Below, one piece after another: positions 11,601 through 19,680 of a DNA stretch of 64,000 nucleotides (positions are counted from its first letter, which is position 1; the number at the start of each line of letters is the position of its first letter). The notes below the pieces were generated by a model. That model saw only the letters and a list, made by a program, of their open reading frames with translations. It was not told the origin of the DNA and did no database searches. Location: IMG/VR virus record IMGVR_UViG_3300033073_001332, positions 128,001 to 192,000 of that record; one strand, given 5' to 3'. This stretch comes from a virus (taxonomy: Duplodnaviria > Caudoviricetes). A program made the translations under genes and the position numbers.

Positions 11601-12562
11601 GGTCATATGCTTGCGGTGTATCATCTATGGGTAACGCAATGATACAACCAACTATGTATTTTATTTTAAGACACGTCCCAATGTTCTACGGACCTTATTG
11701 GATTACGGAAGTTAATCACAACGTTTCAGAAAGAGGGTTTGACACAGATTTCAAAGGGACAAGAATACCTAAGTACGCTTTACCAAAAATTGATAACTTA
11801 TTAGCGTCAGTTAATAAAGATGTATTAAGTAAAATCAAAGAGATTGCCTCTAAAGATAGAAAACCAAAATCACAAGAAAGAATTGATGAAGAAAAATTAT
11901 TAAGTACAAACCCTACTTTAACCACATTAGTTGGCTCTGATACTAAGTGTCAAGACAATATACCTAATGAATACAAATCAATTCCTTTTGAAGATTTAAT
12001 TCAGACAACGTTTACTACAGGTGATATATATCCTCGCATAAAACAAGCAACAACCGATACAAAAATGAGAGCGTTAATATGGGGTATAGCTCAAATAATG
12101 AGTGGAACGTCACAAAATAACGGAGTATATAATTGTATTAATAATAACCCTTTTGAAATTAACACAAACACAATACATAAAGGAAATCTTAATTCCTACA
12201 TAAAAAAACAATCATGTGTTCAAATATCAAATAATTCTGTAAGATTAGTCAAGTTTGACGATTTATCTGAGTCAATTAATTTCATGGTATCATTTATGAA
12301 TCAAGTAATAAACAATGTGGAACCACTTAAAGCATTAAATACAGACACCAACGAAGATAGAAGTTATGGTAAATCACTTTTCCAATTGGCGTACACTACT
12401 TGGTTAACACCATTAGCGTTTAGTAATGAACTTGATGCTGCAGGAATTAAACAAGCAACACTAAATGAATTTTCTGGTTCAAATGGTAGTGAAAAAGTTT
12501 ACAACATATTTGTTGAAGTTTTTACTCGAGCTTATGAGTATTTTAAACAAAACCCGAACTAG
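5609..12562 (+). CDS. Very large baseplate hub-like (gp27/VgrG-like) structural protein
   Basis: 2317 aa. N-terminal KSIKVNVKGTGVPEVNIELVDIQG and late MGNAMIQPTMYFILRHVPMFYGPYWITEVNHNVSERGFDTDFKGTR resemble hub-protein beta-barrel halves; synteny after the LysM-like gene. Confidence 0.55.
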   Translation: MAVRQKQNKKIYIETDYDNIVVVNPNEVYTPDGNKEERLVDHEDLVYYANLETFIIPRTKLAVGENFDSPVVNTTIATMFAGDDALKVNFLKPKGKTEFDTSWSNQLTGEGSRQGMASNQTTERVVSFEGRQSFRRGVKNNEDTQLLGMKSIKVNVKGTGVPEVNIELVDIQGRSLFEQGENSLYSAFFNFPYPLFYLTLKGYYGKAVRYRLSLMSFNASFDADTGNYNISLKLIGKFTALLFDTPLSYAITAPKMYNTQITVTEPNGNKSYFNTYKGRQKLKEVYDTYKRKGLLPSDFPVLSIEDFIYRVENYKTGLKNDLTKQEDFTKLNDLQDFADNLNKLKTEVFEYAINQYLDRNSYYVVGQEIYYPFKKDITFQSREDFKTKIKDRIQKYVSYLKENASFGEGKDAEYQINITIKNEKDVIRKLDFTTWSDNQENVRNTYQSRYNRPLASDDTQGYEKFIIDERATAILDTKVLNEKLEWVEDTPDYFVFGDKIISDGTYIKNSYLDKLDTMFSSLEAKQKIIEDRLTKFYAQQQLKQPTKGGGGLGFSPTIRNIFAIIMAGADAFYRLMEDNHQEAWNVRTEKDRLLAVIPAEKNFSVDAIKSIQKSSGELNDDNVVYPWPLYFTLEKQQNGSDLYTIQYPGDAKFIRQTKAYDYRIWPEVGFTEAFIKASLEKEKPESNYSYDNPTDVTKYVSCNALEFPFKTAPYQDLNAIKIFYEIFERTYLSSHYGNLPTQPTTKNQVDKFYGDIESLNLSLIAPEDITLNQNLRNFKFDMQKLIDYMKKISNDGQGQSWQTYIRDIFTTEYIQNLLKNINEIYSINTLENNSTQVSADLPLITNMREFLNDTSTSAKNTLDTYPFTDVDWLKKNMSNGDNIGAYEDFNNTTKSYVYLENKKTIARTDSKDNNTNLKLFTSKTVFENGTQVSFTNSNNPDLLINSSGTLKDYFTNRKEKDLYLTESYVDYGSDYSGNVKTSFQTTSLLNTPYFINALTTGVKNRKINKPNPYTALGYLFLNSLPLITTKEKIKNFNGTVATDLDYLAATFNKFSAIHQVPYAWVLKYGSIWHRYKNYVNNKVDILDDVWKDFDYKNAYDPISGNSYTPYTILNYSGNPQQITLQGFNFIGTFPNISGIMNIFNTGFYPQVVNSVEYYLNGKDLFTGYTATDFSDVYKNKGFRIGFTNKSASNFPDVDTQSGFTTSLIKTNAYVYRVDTSTQAPGKKIIAYPSMGGVPFDQAIYECLDENNNMTKNLVDNNAMFNGTVRTLWGVSNFGYFDTTLIKKPKPTEYIKVIKTNTDTQNDFDLTNNQSSYSSIEEIFNLFDVDLLDKMEAKFLTFCNPNPSANDLLLNDENIKTTYTSTGGLTNANLKLLKNQIGSIFTFNTWGFDGTNEENDSNSIIDDQKNSVYTSLNEFLNFDCVIKIGNPTQFDRKLFDSFSNLTLLQTVDKLEFDRYKSGQLPGDTSPVTLTESLSNNSEAWKALRKYVGFSSISGIDYQNQVDSAFPSVSGITNTSTQSVELQLIGTFSSPFPVNSGTTEIINVQKTDGTYQVFKIIGEANPQDIVNKVQTISFYQPFSNIEDSTNMVPSSTVNNFTTNYQYISTIQDVSPGEYQMVVTYLPNLLQITPIKLIASVSTYPGNQTTTPFITTPLQIPQPFPNSDKSYVSDFFFDNDISFTKENVEILYPLIRLYVEQKRQDNDFNKTKFTTYINDFLLDRYNLQDNMVTEMFSNLNKILKNIEVDIGLPKTAMNGDATKLSTYNTLKGFNDKWIAGSDLKTNTLFEDFLFMDRANSDLGDSFILDVDKVVSRLSIDTNQNQSLMSLISSILEDNYFIFMAMPAYINFYGIQQALKDGQPLKDSEIGNSLFGTYLEVDYTKSSPKFLCLYIGNPSEYPKPKENTFNRFGDDSFDLRVPDNPLRVSNTNTNYSLSNRVVGFAVDFGIRNQNIFKSLSLDMSEMKNTSESFQVYADMGSSVAGDKVGQQSQSLYSIYKSRSYACGVSSMGNAMIQPTMYFILRHVPMFYGPYWITEVNHNVSERGFDTDFKGTRIPKYALPKIDNLLASVNKDVLSKIKEIASKDRKPKSQERIDEEKLLSTNPTLTTLVGSDTKCQDNIPNEYKSIPFEDLIQTTFTTGDIYPRIKQATTDTKMRALIWGIAQIMSGTSQNNGVYNCINNNPFEINTNTIHKGNLNSYIKKQSCVQISNNSVRLVKFDDLSESINFMVSFMNQVINNVEPLKALNTDTNEDRSYGKSLFQLAYTTWLTPLAFSNELDAAGIKQATLNEFSGSNGSEKVYNIFVEVFTRAYEYFKQNPN

Positions 12563-12566
12563 GATA

Positions 12567-12574
12567 TATTTATA
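12567..12574 (+). promoter_or_regulatory. TATTTATA putative late promoter
   Basis: Recurrent intergenic motif, 13 nt upstream of ATG 12588. Confidence 0.55.
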
Positions 12575-12587
12575 TAATAAAAATATT

Positions 12588-12815
12588 ATGAATAATATGA
12601 AAGCACTATTAGATGATTATTTAAAAAAAGATACAAGAGTTACTCAAAAAGATGCCGGTAACGGATATCAAGAAGTTTGTGACTTAGATACAGGTGATTG
12701 TTATACTATCAGAATGAAAGATGGTTTAATTGAAAGAGTGGATAATACCATGAAAACAAATAGAACATTAAAAGTTGAAACACCACAAGGAGTTAAGACA
12801 TTATTAAACGGTTAA
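12588..12815 (+). CDS. Hypothetical protein (MNNMKALLDDYL..., 75 aa)
   Basis: ATG at 12588 follows the TATTTATA motif and avoids overlap with the upstream gene; contains CDLDTGDC. Confidence 0.65.
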   Translation: MNNMKALLDDYLKKDTRVTQKDAGNGYQEVCDLDTGDCYTIRMKDGLIERVDNTMKTNRTLKVETPQGVKTLLNG

Positions 12816-12825
12816 AAAATAACTA

Positions 12826-13506
12826 ATGAGCATAGAAAGAAAAATCTTAGAAGAATTAAAACGTTTTAATCAAATTAATTCTTACATCCTTAATGAGCAA
12901 CCGGAACCACCTGTTGGTGATTTACCACCGGCAACTGATGACGCGGCGGCACCAGCACCTGATGCTGCGACGACACCTGATGCAGCACCTACGGACACAG
13001 ATGCTCCTGATGCCGCGGCACCTGCACCTGAAGCAGGAGGTGAAACAATACCTGAACCTGTGGATATTGAAAATGACCCAGATGTAGAAGAAGTTGGTGC
13101 TGAAGAAAAAACTGAAGGTGATGAAGAATCTGAAGAAATTGATATTACAGACCTTGTAACTTCACAACAAGAAATTCAAGCAAAACAAGATGAGTTTATG
13201 GATGGTATGTTTTCTAAATTAGATGATTTAGCATCAAAATTAGAAAATATGGACCAAATCATGAATAAGATAAATGATTTAGAAAGTAAGTTCGAAAAAT
13301 ACAGAGCTAAAACACCTGAAGAAAAGTTAGAACTTAGAAGTTTAGATTCATACCCATATAACCAAAAACTTACAGACTTTTTTGATGACAAAAAAGATGA
13401 AATGGAAGAAACAGGAAAAAATGAATATGTCTTAACTTCAGACGAAGTTGAAAATTTTTCACCTAATGAAGTGAAAAAAACATTTAATATTTACGACAAC
13501 GAATAG
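12826..13506 (+). CDS. Acidic, Pro/Ala-rich coiled-coil protein; possible head scaffold/internal protein
   Basis: N-terminal ILEELKRFNQINSYILNEQ, PAPDAA low-complexity tract, C-terminal coiled coil. Confidence 0.45.
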   Translation: MSIERKILEELKRFNQINSYILNEQPEPPVGDLPPATDDAAAPAPDAATTPDAAPTDTDAPDAAAPAPEAGGETIPEPVDIENDPDVEEVGAEEKTEGDEESEEIDITDLVTSQQEIQAKQDEFMDGMFSKLDDLASKLENMDQIMNKINDLESKFEKYRAKTPEEKLELRSLDSYPYNQKLTDFFDDKKDEMEETGKNEYVLTSDEVENFSPNEVKKTFNIYDNE

Positions 13507-13547
13507 TAAAAAAATTCAAAATATACAATAGTATTTATACTAAAAAT

Positions 13548-13570
13548 AAGGGGAGTCATCCCCTTTTTTT
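13548..13570 (+). terminator. Rho-independent terminator
   Basis: AAGGGGA-gtca-TCCCCTT hairpin followed by a T run. Confidence 0.8.
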
Positions 13571-13571
13571 A

Positions 13572-13602
13572 TTTGACAAACTTGAATATTCACTTATATT
13601 TG
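13572..13602 (+). promoter_or_regulatory. Bacteroidota sigma-A-type promoter for the replication block
   Basis: TTTG(ACA) at 13572, 19-nt spacer, TATATTTG at 13595-13602, matching -33 TTTG / -7 TAnnTTTG. Confidence 0.7.
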
Positions 13603-13637
13603 TTATAGATAAAAGAGTAATAATTAAAAATTTATTT

Positions 13638-14492
13638 ATGGCAAATTCAGTATTAGATTCAGTACTTGCACAGTACGAAAAAAACGCGACCACCTCAAGT
13701 TCGCAAAGACAAAACATCTCACAAGAAGACAGATTGAAAAAGTATTTTTCAGCAATTCTTCAAAAGAATGAAAAATCCGCATCACGTAGAGTTCGTATCT
13801 TACCTACAAAAGATGGTTCATCACCATTTGTTGAAGTGTGGTATCATGAAATCCAAGTAAACGGACAATGGGTAAAGTTGTATGACCCTGACAAAAATGA
13901 CAACGAACGTTCACCATTGACTGAAGTTTATAATGAACTTATCTCAACGGGTAAAAAAGAAGATAAAGATTTAGCATCTCAATATCGTTCACGTTTATTT
14001 TACATTGTAAAAGTAATTGACCGTGACAACGAACAAGATGGTGTTAAGTTTTGGAGATTCAAACACAACTACAAACAGGAAGGTGTATTAGATAAAATCT
14101 TACCTATTTGGAAAGCTAAAGGTGATGTTACAGATGCTGAAAAAGGTCGTGATTTAATCATTGAACTTACAAAGGCAAAAACACCACAAGGAAAAGAGTA
14201 TACGGTTATTCAAACAATTATGTACGATGACCCACAACCACTTCACGAAGACAAAGAAATCATGGAAGGATGGTTACAAGATGAACTTACATGGAATGAT
14301 GTTTATTCAAAAAAACCTGTAGAATATTTAGAGGCAGTTGCAGTTGGAGAAACACCGATGTGGTCATCTGAACTTAAAAAGTATGTTTACGGTGAAGAGG
14401 CTGAAATTTCACTTGGAGGTTCAAAAAAAGAAACACCAGCGCCTGCTGACCCACAAGCGGACGAAGAGCCGGCAGAGGATTTACCATTCTAA
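13638..14492 (+). CDS. Single-stranded DNA-binding protein, T4 gp32-like
   Basis: RVRILP..PFVEVWYH, GRDLIIEL, acidic tail ending EDLPF; adjacent to RecA. Confidence 0.8.
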   Translation: MANSVLDSVLAQYEKNATTSSSQRQNISQEDRLKKYFSAILQKNEKSASRRVRILPTKDGSSPFVEVWYHEIQVNGQWVKLYDPDKNDNERSPLTEVYNELISTGKKEDKDLASQYRSRLFYIVKVIDRDNEQDGVKFWRFKHNYKQEGVLDKILPIWKAKGDVTDAEKGRDLIIELTKAKTPQGKEYTVIQTIMYDDPQPLHEDKEIMEGWLQDELTWNDVYSKKPVEYLEAVAVGETPMWSSELKKYVYGEEAEISLGGSKKETPAPADPQADEEPAEDLPF

Positions 14493-14499
14493 ATTAATT

Positions 14500-14541
14500 A
14501 AGCTTGGACATTTACTTAGACATAGTGTCCAAGCTTTTTTT
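14500..14541 (+). terminator. Hairpin/terminator after SSB
   Basis: AAGCTTGGACA..TGTCCAAGCTT 11-bp stem followed by a T run. Confidence 0.7.
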
Positions 14542-14563
14542 ATTAACTAATTAAAACAAAAAA

Positions 14564-14785
14564 ATGAAACCAATTATTGCAGAAAAATTGAAAGATGCTT
14601 TAATCAAAAAGTATGAAGCACAAATTGCAGATGCCGAAGCTCGTTTATATGTTTATTTTACAAACTCTGTTGGTATTGGAGAACATCCACAACACACAGA
14701 AGAAATGGACATTTTGGTTGGACAACTTACCGACGCAAAAGATAAGTTAGAAACCATTACAGAATTTAAATTATACGAATTGTAA
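14564..14785 (+). CDS. Hypothetical small helical protein
   Basis: 73 aa, A-rich leader, VGIGEHP motif, in operon with recA. Confidence 0.7.
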   Translation: MKPIIAEKLKDALIKKYEAQIADAEARLYVYFTNSVGIGEHPQHTEEMDILVGQLTDAKDKLETITEFKLYEL

Positions 14786-14786
14786 T

Positions 14787-15794
14787 ATGGCTATTAAGAA
14801 AAACGATTTCGGTTCATTAAAGAAAAAATTCTCCACATCGGCGAAGTATAAACCACAAAGATTTTTTGATTTGGGTTCTGACTTCTTGGATGCGGTTGGT
14901 TTACCAGGTCCTGCTATTGGACACCTTAATATGTTGTTAGGACACTCTGACACTGGAAAGACAACTGCTCTTGTTAAAACCGCAGTTGACGCTCAAAAGA
15001 AAGAGATTCTACCCGTGTTCATTATTACTGAACAGAAGTGGAGTTTCGAACACGCAAAGTTGATGGGATTCCAATGTGAAGAAGTTGTGGACGAAGAAAC
15101 AGGTGAACTTGATTGGGACGGGTTCTTTATCTTCAACAACAACTTTGAGTACATCGAACAAATTACAGACTACATCAATAGTTTGTTAGATGCACAAGAA
15201 AAAGGTGAATTAGATTATTCATTATGTTTCTTGTGGGATTCAGTTGGGTCTGTTCCTTGTAAGATGACTTATGAAGGTAAAGGTGGTAAACAACATAACG
15301 CAAGTGTTTTGGCTGACAAAATCGGTATGGGTATCAACCAAAGAATTTCAGGTTCACGTAAATCCGATTCTAAGTTTGAAAATACACTTATCATTGTAAA
15401 TCAGCCTTGGGTTGAATTACCTGATAACCCATTCGGTCAACCTAAAATCAAGGCAAAAGGTGGTGAGGCTATTTGGTTAAACTCATCATTGGTGTTCTTG
15501 TTCGGAAATCAAAAAGGTGCAGGTACAACTAAAATTACCGCAACCAAAGACAAACGAACGGTAAAGTTTGCCACAAGAACAAAAGTATCCGTTATGAAAA
15601 ACCACATCAACGGACTTGGGTTTGAGGATGGTAGAATTATTGTGACACCACATGGGTTCTTACCGGGTAAAGACACAGCAGAGGAGAAGGCTTCCGTAGA
15701 AAAGTATAAAAAAGAATATGCTGAGTATTGGAAGGAAATAATCGGAGTTGATGGTGACTTTGATTTGAAAGCAGAAAAGGAAGAAGTAGAGTAG
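14787..15794 (+). CDS. recA: RecA/UvsX-like recombinase
   Basis: Walker A GHSDTGKTT, Walker B FLWDSVG, IIVNQ, KGGEA, KNH. Confidence 0.9.
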   Translation: MAIKKNDFGSLKKKFSTSAKYKPQRFFDLGSDFLDAVGLPGPAIGHLNMLLGHSDTGKTTALVKTAVDAQKKEILPVFIITEQKWSFEHAKLMGFQCEEVVDEETGELDWDGFFIFNNNFEYIEQITDYINSLLDAQEKGELDYSLCFLWDSVGSVPCKMTYEGKGGKQHNASVLADKIGMGINQRISGSRKSDSKFENTLIIVNQPWVELPDNPFGQPKIKAKGGEAIWLNSSLVFLFGNQKGAGTTKITATKDKRTVKFATRTKVSVMKNHINGLGFEDGRIIVTPHGFLPGKDTAEEKASVEKYKKEYAEYWKEIIGVDGDFDLKAEKEEVE

Positions 15795-15815
15795 TAACAA
15801 TTAAAAAACAGAAAA

Positions 15816-16823
15816 GTGACAAAAACCTTATTGGTTGATGGGAACAATTTAATTAAAATTGGTTTTCATGGGGTGAAAGATTACTTTCACAACGGACAAC
15901 ATATCGGTGCTATTTGGCACTTTTTGAATACTTTAAGAAAGTTCTTAGAAGAAAACAACTATAACAAAGTTGTGGTATTTTGGGATAGTGACACAAACTC
16001 ATCACAGAGAAGGTTAATATACCCTAAATACAAATTGAATCGTAAGGGCCTTTCAAACGAGTACAAACAAGAATCATACGATGGACAAAAACAACGTGTC
16101 AAACAATATCTTGAGGAGATGTTTGTAAGACAAGTTGAAGTAGAGCATTCTGAGGCTGATGATTTAATCGCTTACTATTGTAAAATTTCCGAAGATGAGA
16201 ATAAAACTATATTCTCAAGTGATAGAGACCTTACACAGCTTATATCTGAAAAGGTTTCTATCTATTCACCATCCGCAAAAAGATATTATAAGAATGGGGA
16301 TACAATCAAAATGAGTGATTTTGAAGTTCCCCATTATAATGTCAAAACAATCAAAATTCTTACCGGTGATAGTTCGGACAATATCGATGGTATTTTCTAT
16401 TTAGGTGAAAAAACATTGTTTAAGTTTTTTCCCGAGATACTTGAAAAACCTGTCGATTATACCGACATTCTATCTAAGGGGGAAGAACTTCTTAAAGAAA
16501 ATAAAGACAATAAATCATTACAAAATCTTTTGTCAGGAAAAACAAAAGAAGGTATCTTTGGTGACGAGTATTATGAAATCAATAAAAAACTTATTGATTT
16601 GAGTAATCCTTTAATCACACAAGAAGGAATAGATTTAGTTGAGTCATACTACTCAGAATCATTAGACCCAGATGGGAGAGGTTACAAGAACCTTATTCGA
16701 ATGATGATGGAAGATGGTTTATTTAAATACCTACCTAAAGTAGATGATGGTTGGATTTATTTTTTGAAACCATTTTTAAAGTTAACAAGAAAAGAAAAGT
16801 CAAAATTCAAAAACAAAAAGTAA
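15816..16823 (+). CDS. 5'-3' exonuclease/flap endonuclease (PolI N-terminal / T4 RNase H-like)
   Basis: LLVDGNN, YPKYKLNR, EADDLIAY, SSDRDLTQL, LTGDSSDNIDG..GEKT; GTG start. Confidence 0.9.
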   Translation: MTKTLLVDGNNLIKIGFHGVKDYFHNGQHIGAIWHFLNTLRKFLEENNYNKVVVFWDSDTNSSQRRLIYPKYKLNRKGLSNEYKQESYDGQKQRVKQYLEEMFVRQVEVEHSEADDLIAYYCKISEDENKTIFSSDRDLTQLISEKVSIYSPSAKRYYKNGDTIKMSDFEVPHYNVKTIKILTGDSSDNIDGIFYLGEKTLFKFFPEILEKPVDYTDILSKGEELLKENKDNKSLQNLLSGKTKEGIFGDEYYEINKKLIDLSNPLITQEGIDLVESYYSESLDPDGRGYKNLIRMMMEDGLFKYLPKVDDGWIYFLKPFLKLTRKEKSKFKNKK

Positions 16824-16827
16824 AATT

Positions 16828-17280
16828 ATGAAAGAACAAAACGACGTAACAAAAGTTGAATTTCTTATCACACTAAATGACAATTTCGTGGTTCAGAGAT
16901 TTTTTAACGTTAAAGGGTATAACCCAAGAACCAAAAATAGTGTTGAGTTAATGAACTACATGTTTGGTTTAAGAGATGATTTGAAAACACAACTCCGTAA
17001 CAAATGTGCGGTTTATATGTTGGAAAATAGATTTCAAATCGAAGAGGATGCGAGTGTACTCGACACGTCAAATACAGATGGACCTGAAAGATTTAATATC
17101 ATTTTAAAAATAGGAAATGAGACAATTTGTCACTATGTGATTGACGCTAAATTATACCCACCAAAGGTAAGATATACGCTGGATGTAAGACCATCAATAA
17201 AAAACATATTGAAGAACCTTACTGACATTTTTTCAGCTAAAAATTTATCTTACAACTATATGAATTATTCGTTAGTCTAA
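16828..17280 (+). CDS. Hypothetical protein
   Basis: 150-aa ORF tightly packed between the exonuclease and helicase genes. Confidence 0.7.
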   Translation: MKEQNDVTKVEFLITLNDNFVVQRFFNVKGYNPRTKNSVELMNYMFGLRDDLKTQLRNKCAVYMLENRFQIEEDASVLDTSNTDGPERFNIILKIGNETICHYVIDAKLYPPKVRYTLDVRPSIKNILKNLTDIFSAKNLSYNYMNYSLV

Positions 17281-17320
17281 TCATATTTATCATATACAAC
17301 AATAAAAAAAATCAAAAAAT

Positions 17321-18709
17321 ATGTCAGATAAAAAAAGTTTTGGATACCTTGGGAACACATTTCAAATTCAATTATTGAATAACATTATATTATATAAAGA
17401 TTTCTCAAATTCCATTCTTGAAGTTATCGACCCACACTATTTTGACAACCAATATTTTAGAATTATTTGTCAAATGATTAAGGAATATTATTCCAAATAC
17501 GAACACACACCAACGTTTGATACTTTAGAACAATTAACAAAATCAGAGGTTTCATCACCAATGGCACAAAAAAGTATTTTGGACACTTTAGACCAAGTAA
17601 AAAACGTGTCAGATGAAGGTTCAATCTTTGTTCAAGAAAAATCACTAAAGTTCTGTAAACAACAGGAGTTACAAAAAGTAATGACTAAAGCTCAATCAAT
17701 TATCGATAAAGGTGATTTTGAAAGTTATGACCACCTTGAAGAAATGGTAAGAGGAGCATTACAAGTTGGTGAAGTGGATAAAGGAACCACAGATGTGTTT
17801 TTTAATTTGGATGAGGTATTGGATGACGACTATAGACACCCAATTCCAATTGGAATTCCTGGTATTGACAATCTTCTTCGTGGAGGTTTGGCAAAAGGAG
17901 AAATTGGTGTTATCTTAGCACCAACAGGTGTAGGTAAGTCTACCTTTACTACAAAAATCGCTAACCACGCATTTAACTTAGGGTATAATGTTTTACAAGT
18001 ATTTTTTGAGGACAACCCAAAAATTATACAAAGAAAACACATCACACTTTGGACAGGAATGCACCCTGACGATTTAACTGAAAACAGAGATGATGTAGTA
18101 GAAAAAGTTAGACACATTCAGTCAACTATGAAAAATAAGTTGATATTGAAAAAACTACCATCTGATACCGTGACAATGAACCAAATAAAAAACCAAATCA
18201 GAAAAATGATAGCCGAAGGAACAAAAATCGACGTTATCATTTTAGACTACATCGATTGTGTGGTTCCTGATAAAATGTTAGGTGATGAGTGGAAAAGTGA
18301 AGGTTCAGTAATGAGAGCATTTGAAGCCATGTGTCATGAGTTAGATATTGCTGGTTGGACTGCAACTCAAGGGAATAGAAACTCTATTTCATCTGAGGTG
18401 GTTACAACTGACCAAATGGGTGGGTCAATTAAAAAAGCACAAGTGGGTCACGTAATTATTACGGTTGCTAAAAGTTTACAACAAAAAGAAATGAATTTAG
18501 CAACTATAGCAATTACTAAATCAAGAATTGGAAAAGATGGGATTGTCTTTGAAAACTGCAAGTTTGATAATGCAATGTTAGATATTGACACAGAACAAAG
18601 TGTTACGTTCTTAGGATTAGAAGAACAAAAAGAAGAAAAAAATAGAAATAGAGTTCGAGAGCTTTTAGAAAAGAAAAAGCAAAAAGAACAACAATCACAA
18701 AATAATTAA
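17321..18709 (+). CDS. dnaB: Replicative DnaB-like (T4 gp41-like) helicase
   Basis: Walker [30 protein letters not shown]. Confidence 0.9.
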   Translation: MSDKKSFGYLGNTFQIQLLNNIILYKDFSNSILEVIDPHYFDNQYFRIICQMIKEYYSKYEHTPTFDTLEQLTKSEVSSPMAQKSILDTLDQVKNVSDEGSIFVQEKSLKFCKQQELQKVMTKAQSIIDKGDFESYDHLEEMVRGALQVGEVDKGTTDVFFNLDEVLDDDYRHPIPIGIPGIDNLLRGGLAKGEIGVILAPTGVGKSTFTTKIANHAFNLGYNVLQVFFEDNPKIIQRKHITLWTGMHPDDLTENRDDVVEKVRHIQSTMKNKLILKKLPSDTVTMNQIKNQIRKMIAEGTKIDVIILDYIDCVVPDKMLGDEWKSEGSVMRAFEAMCHELDIAGWTATQGNRNSISSEVVTTDQMGGSIKKAQVGHVIITVAKSLQQKEMNLATIAITKSRIGKDGIVFENCKFDNAMLDIDTEQSVTFLGLEEQKEEKNRNRVRELLEKKKQKEQQSQNN

Positions 18710-18722
18710 TTTAAATTTTATT

Positions 18723-19670
18723 ATGGAAAAAATATTAACAGAAAATCCTGGTCGGTTCGTCATCTTCCCAATTGAACACAATGATATTTGGGAATTTTAC
18801 AAACAACACCAAGCTGCATTTTGGACGGCAGAAGAAATTGACTTAACCAATGACATCAGAGATTGGGAATCGCTTACCGAAAATGAACAATATTTTGTTA
18901 AAAATGTTTTATCATTTTTTGCGGCGTCTGATGGTATTGTGAATGAGAATCTAGCAGAAAACTTCTATAGAGAAGTTCAGTATCCTGAAGCTAAATTCTT
19001 TTACGGAATGCAATTAGCGATGGAAAACATTCACTCACTTATGTATTCATTGTTGATAGATACATACATTAGTAATCCGAAAGAAAAAGACGAATGTTTC
19101 AATGCGATTGATAGGTTACCTGCGGTACAAAAGAAAGCTAAGTGGGCATTAGAATGGATTGAAAACGCATCATTCGCAGAAAGATTAGTTGCATTTGCTG
19201 CGGTTGAAGGTATATTCTTTTCAGGTTCATTCTGTTCAATTTTTTGGTTAAAGTCACGTGGAATAATGCAAGGGTTGTGTAATGCAAACTCACTTATCTT
19301 TAAAGATGAAAATCTACATTGTGATTTTGCAATTCACTTATTGAATAATCACGTAGAAAAAAGACCATCAGAAAAAAGAATAAAAGAAATTATTTTGTCA
19401 GCATTAGAAATTGAAAAGGAGTTCATTACAGAATCTTTACCTGTTTCCTTAATTGGGATGAACTCTAATTTAATGAAACAATATTTAGAGTTTGTTGTTG
19501 ATGGATTACTTGTAAAACTTGGATGTTCTAAAGAATTTAATGTTGAACAACCTTTCAAATTTATGGAACAAATCGCAGTTGAAACTAAAGGAAATTTCTT
19601 TGAATCAAGAACGGTTGAATACCAAAAGGCAAAGTTAAACGAAACCATAACATTCACAGACGATTTTTAA
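18723..19670 (+). CDS. nrdB: Ribonucleotide reductase class Ia beta subunit
   Basis: [50 protein letters not shown]. Confidence 0.95.
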   Translation: MEKILTENPGRFVIFPIEHNDIWEFYKQHQAAFWTAEEIDLTNDIRDWESLTENEQYFVKNVLSFFAASDGIVNENLAENFYREVQYPEAKFFYGMQLAMENIHSLMYSLLIDTYISNPKEKDECFNAIDRLPAVQKKAKWALEWIENASFAERLVAFAAVEGIFFSGSFCSIFWLKSRGIMQGLCNANSLIFKDENLHCDFAIHLLNNHVEKRPSEKRIKEIILSALEIEKEFITESLPVSLIGMNSNLMKQYLEFVVDGLLVKLGCSKEFNVEQPFKFMEQIAVETKGNFFESRTVEYQKAKLNETITFTDDF

Positions 19671-19680
19671 ATTATAAACT

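Noticed and set aside
13532-13539. TATTTATA as promoter for the SSB gene
   Set aside because: It lies just upstream of a terminator hairpin; the host-type promoter at 13572 explains SSB expression better.
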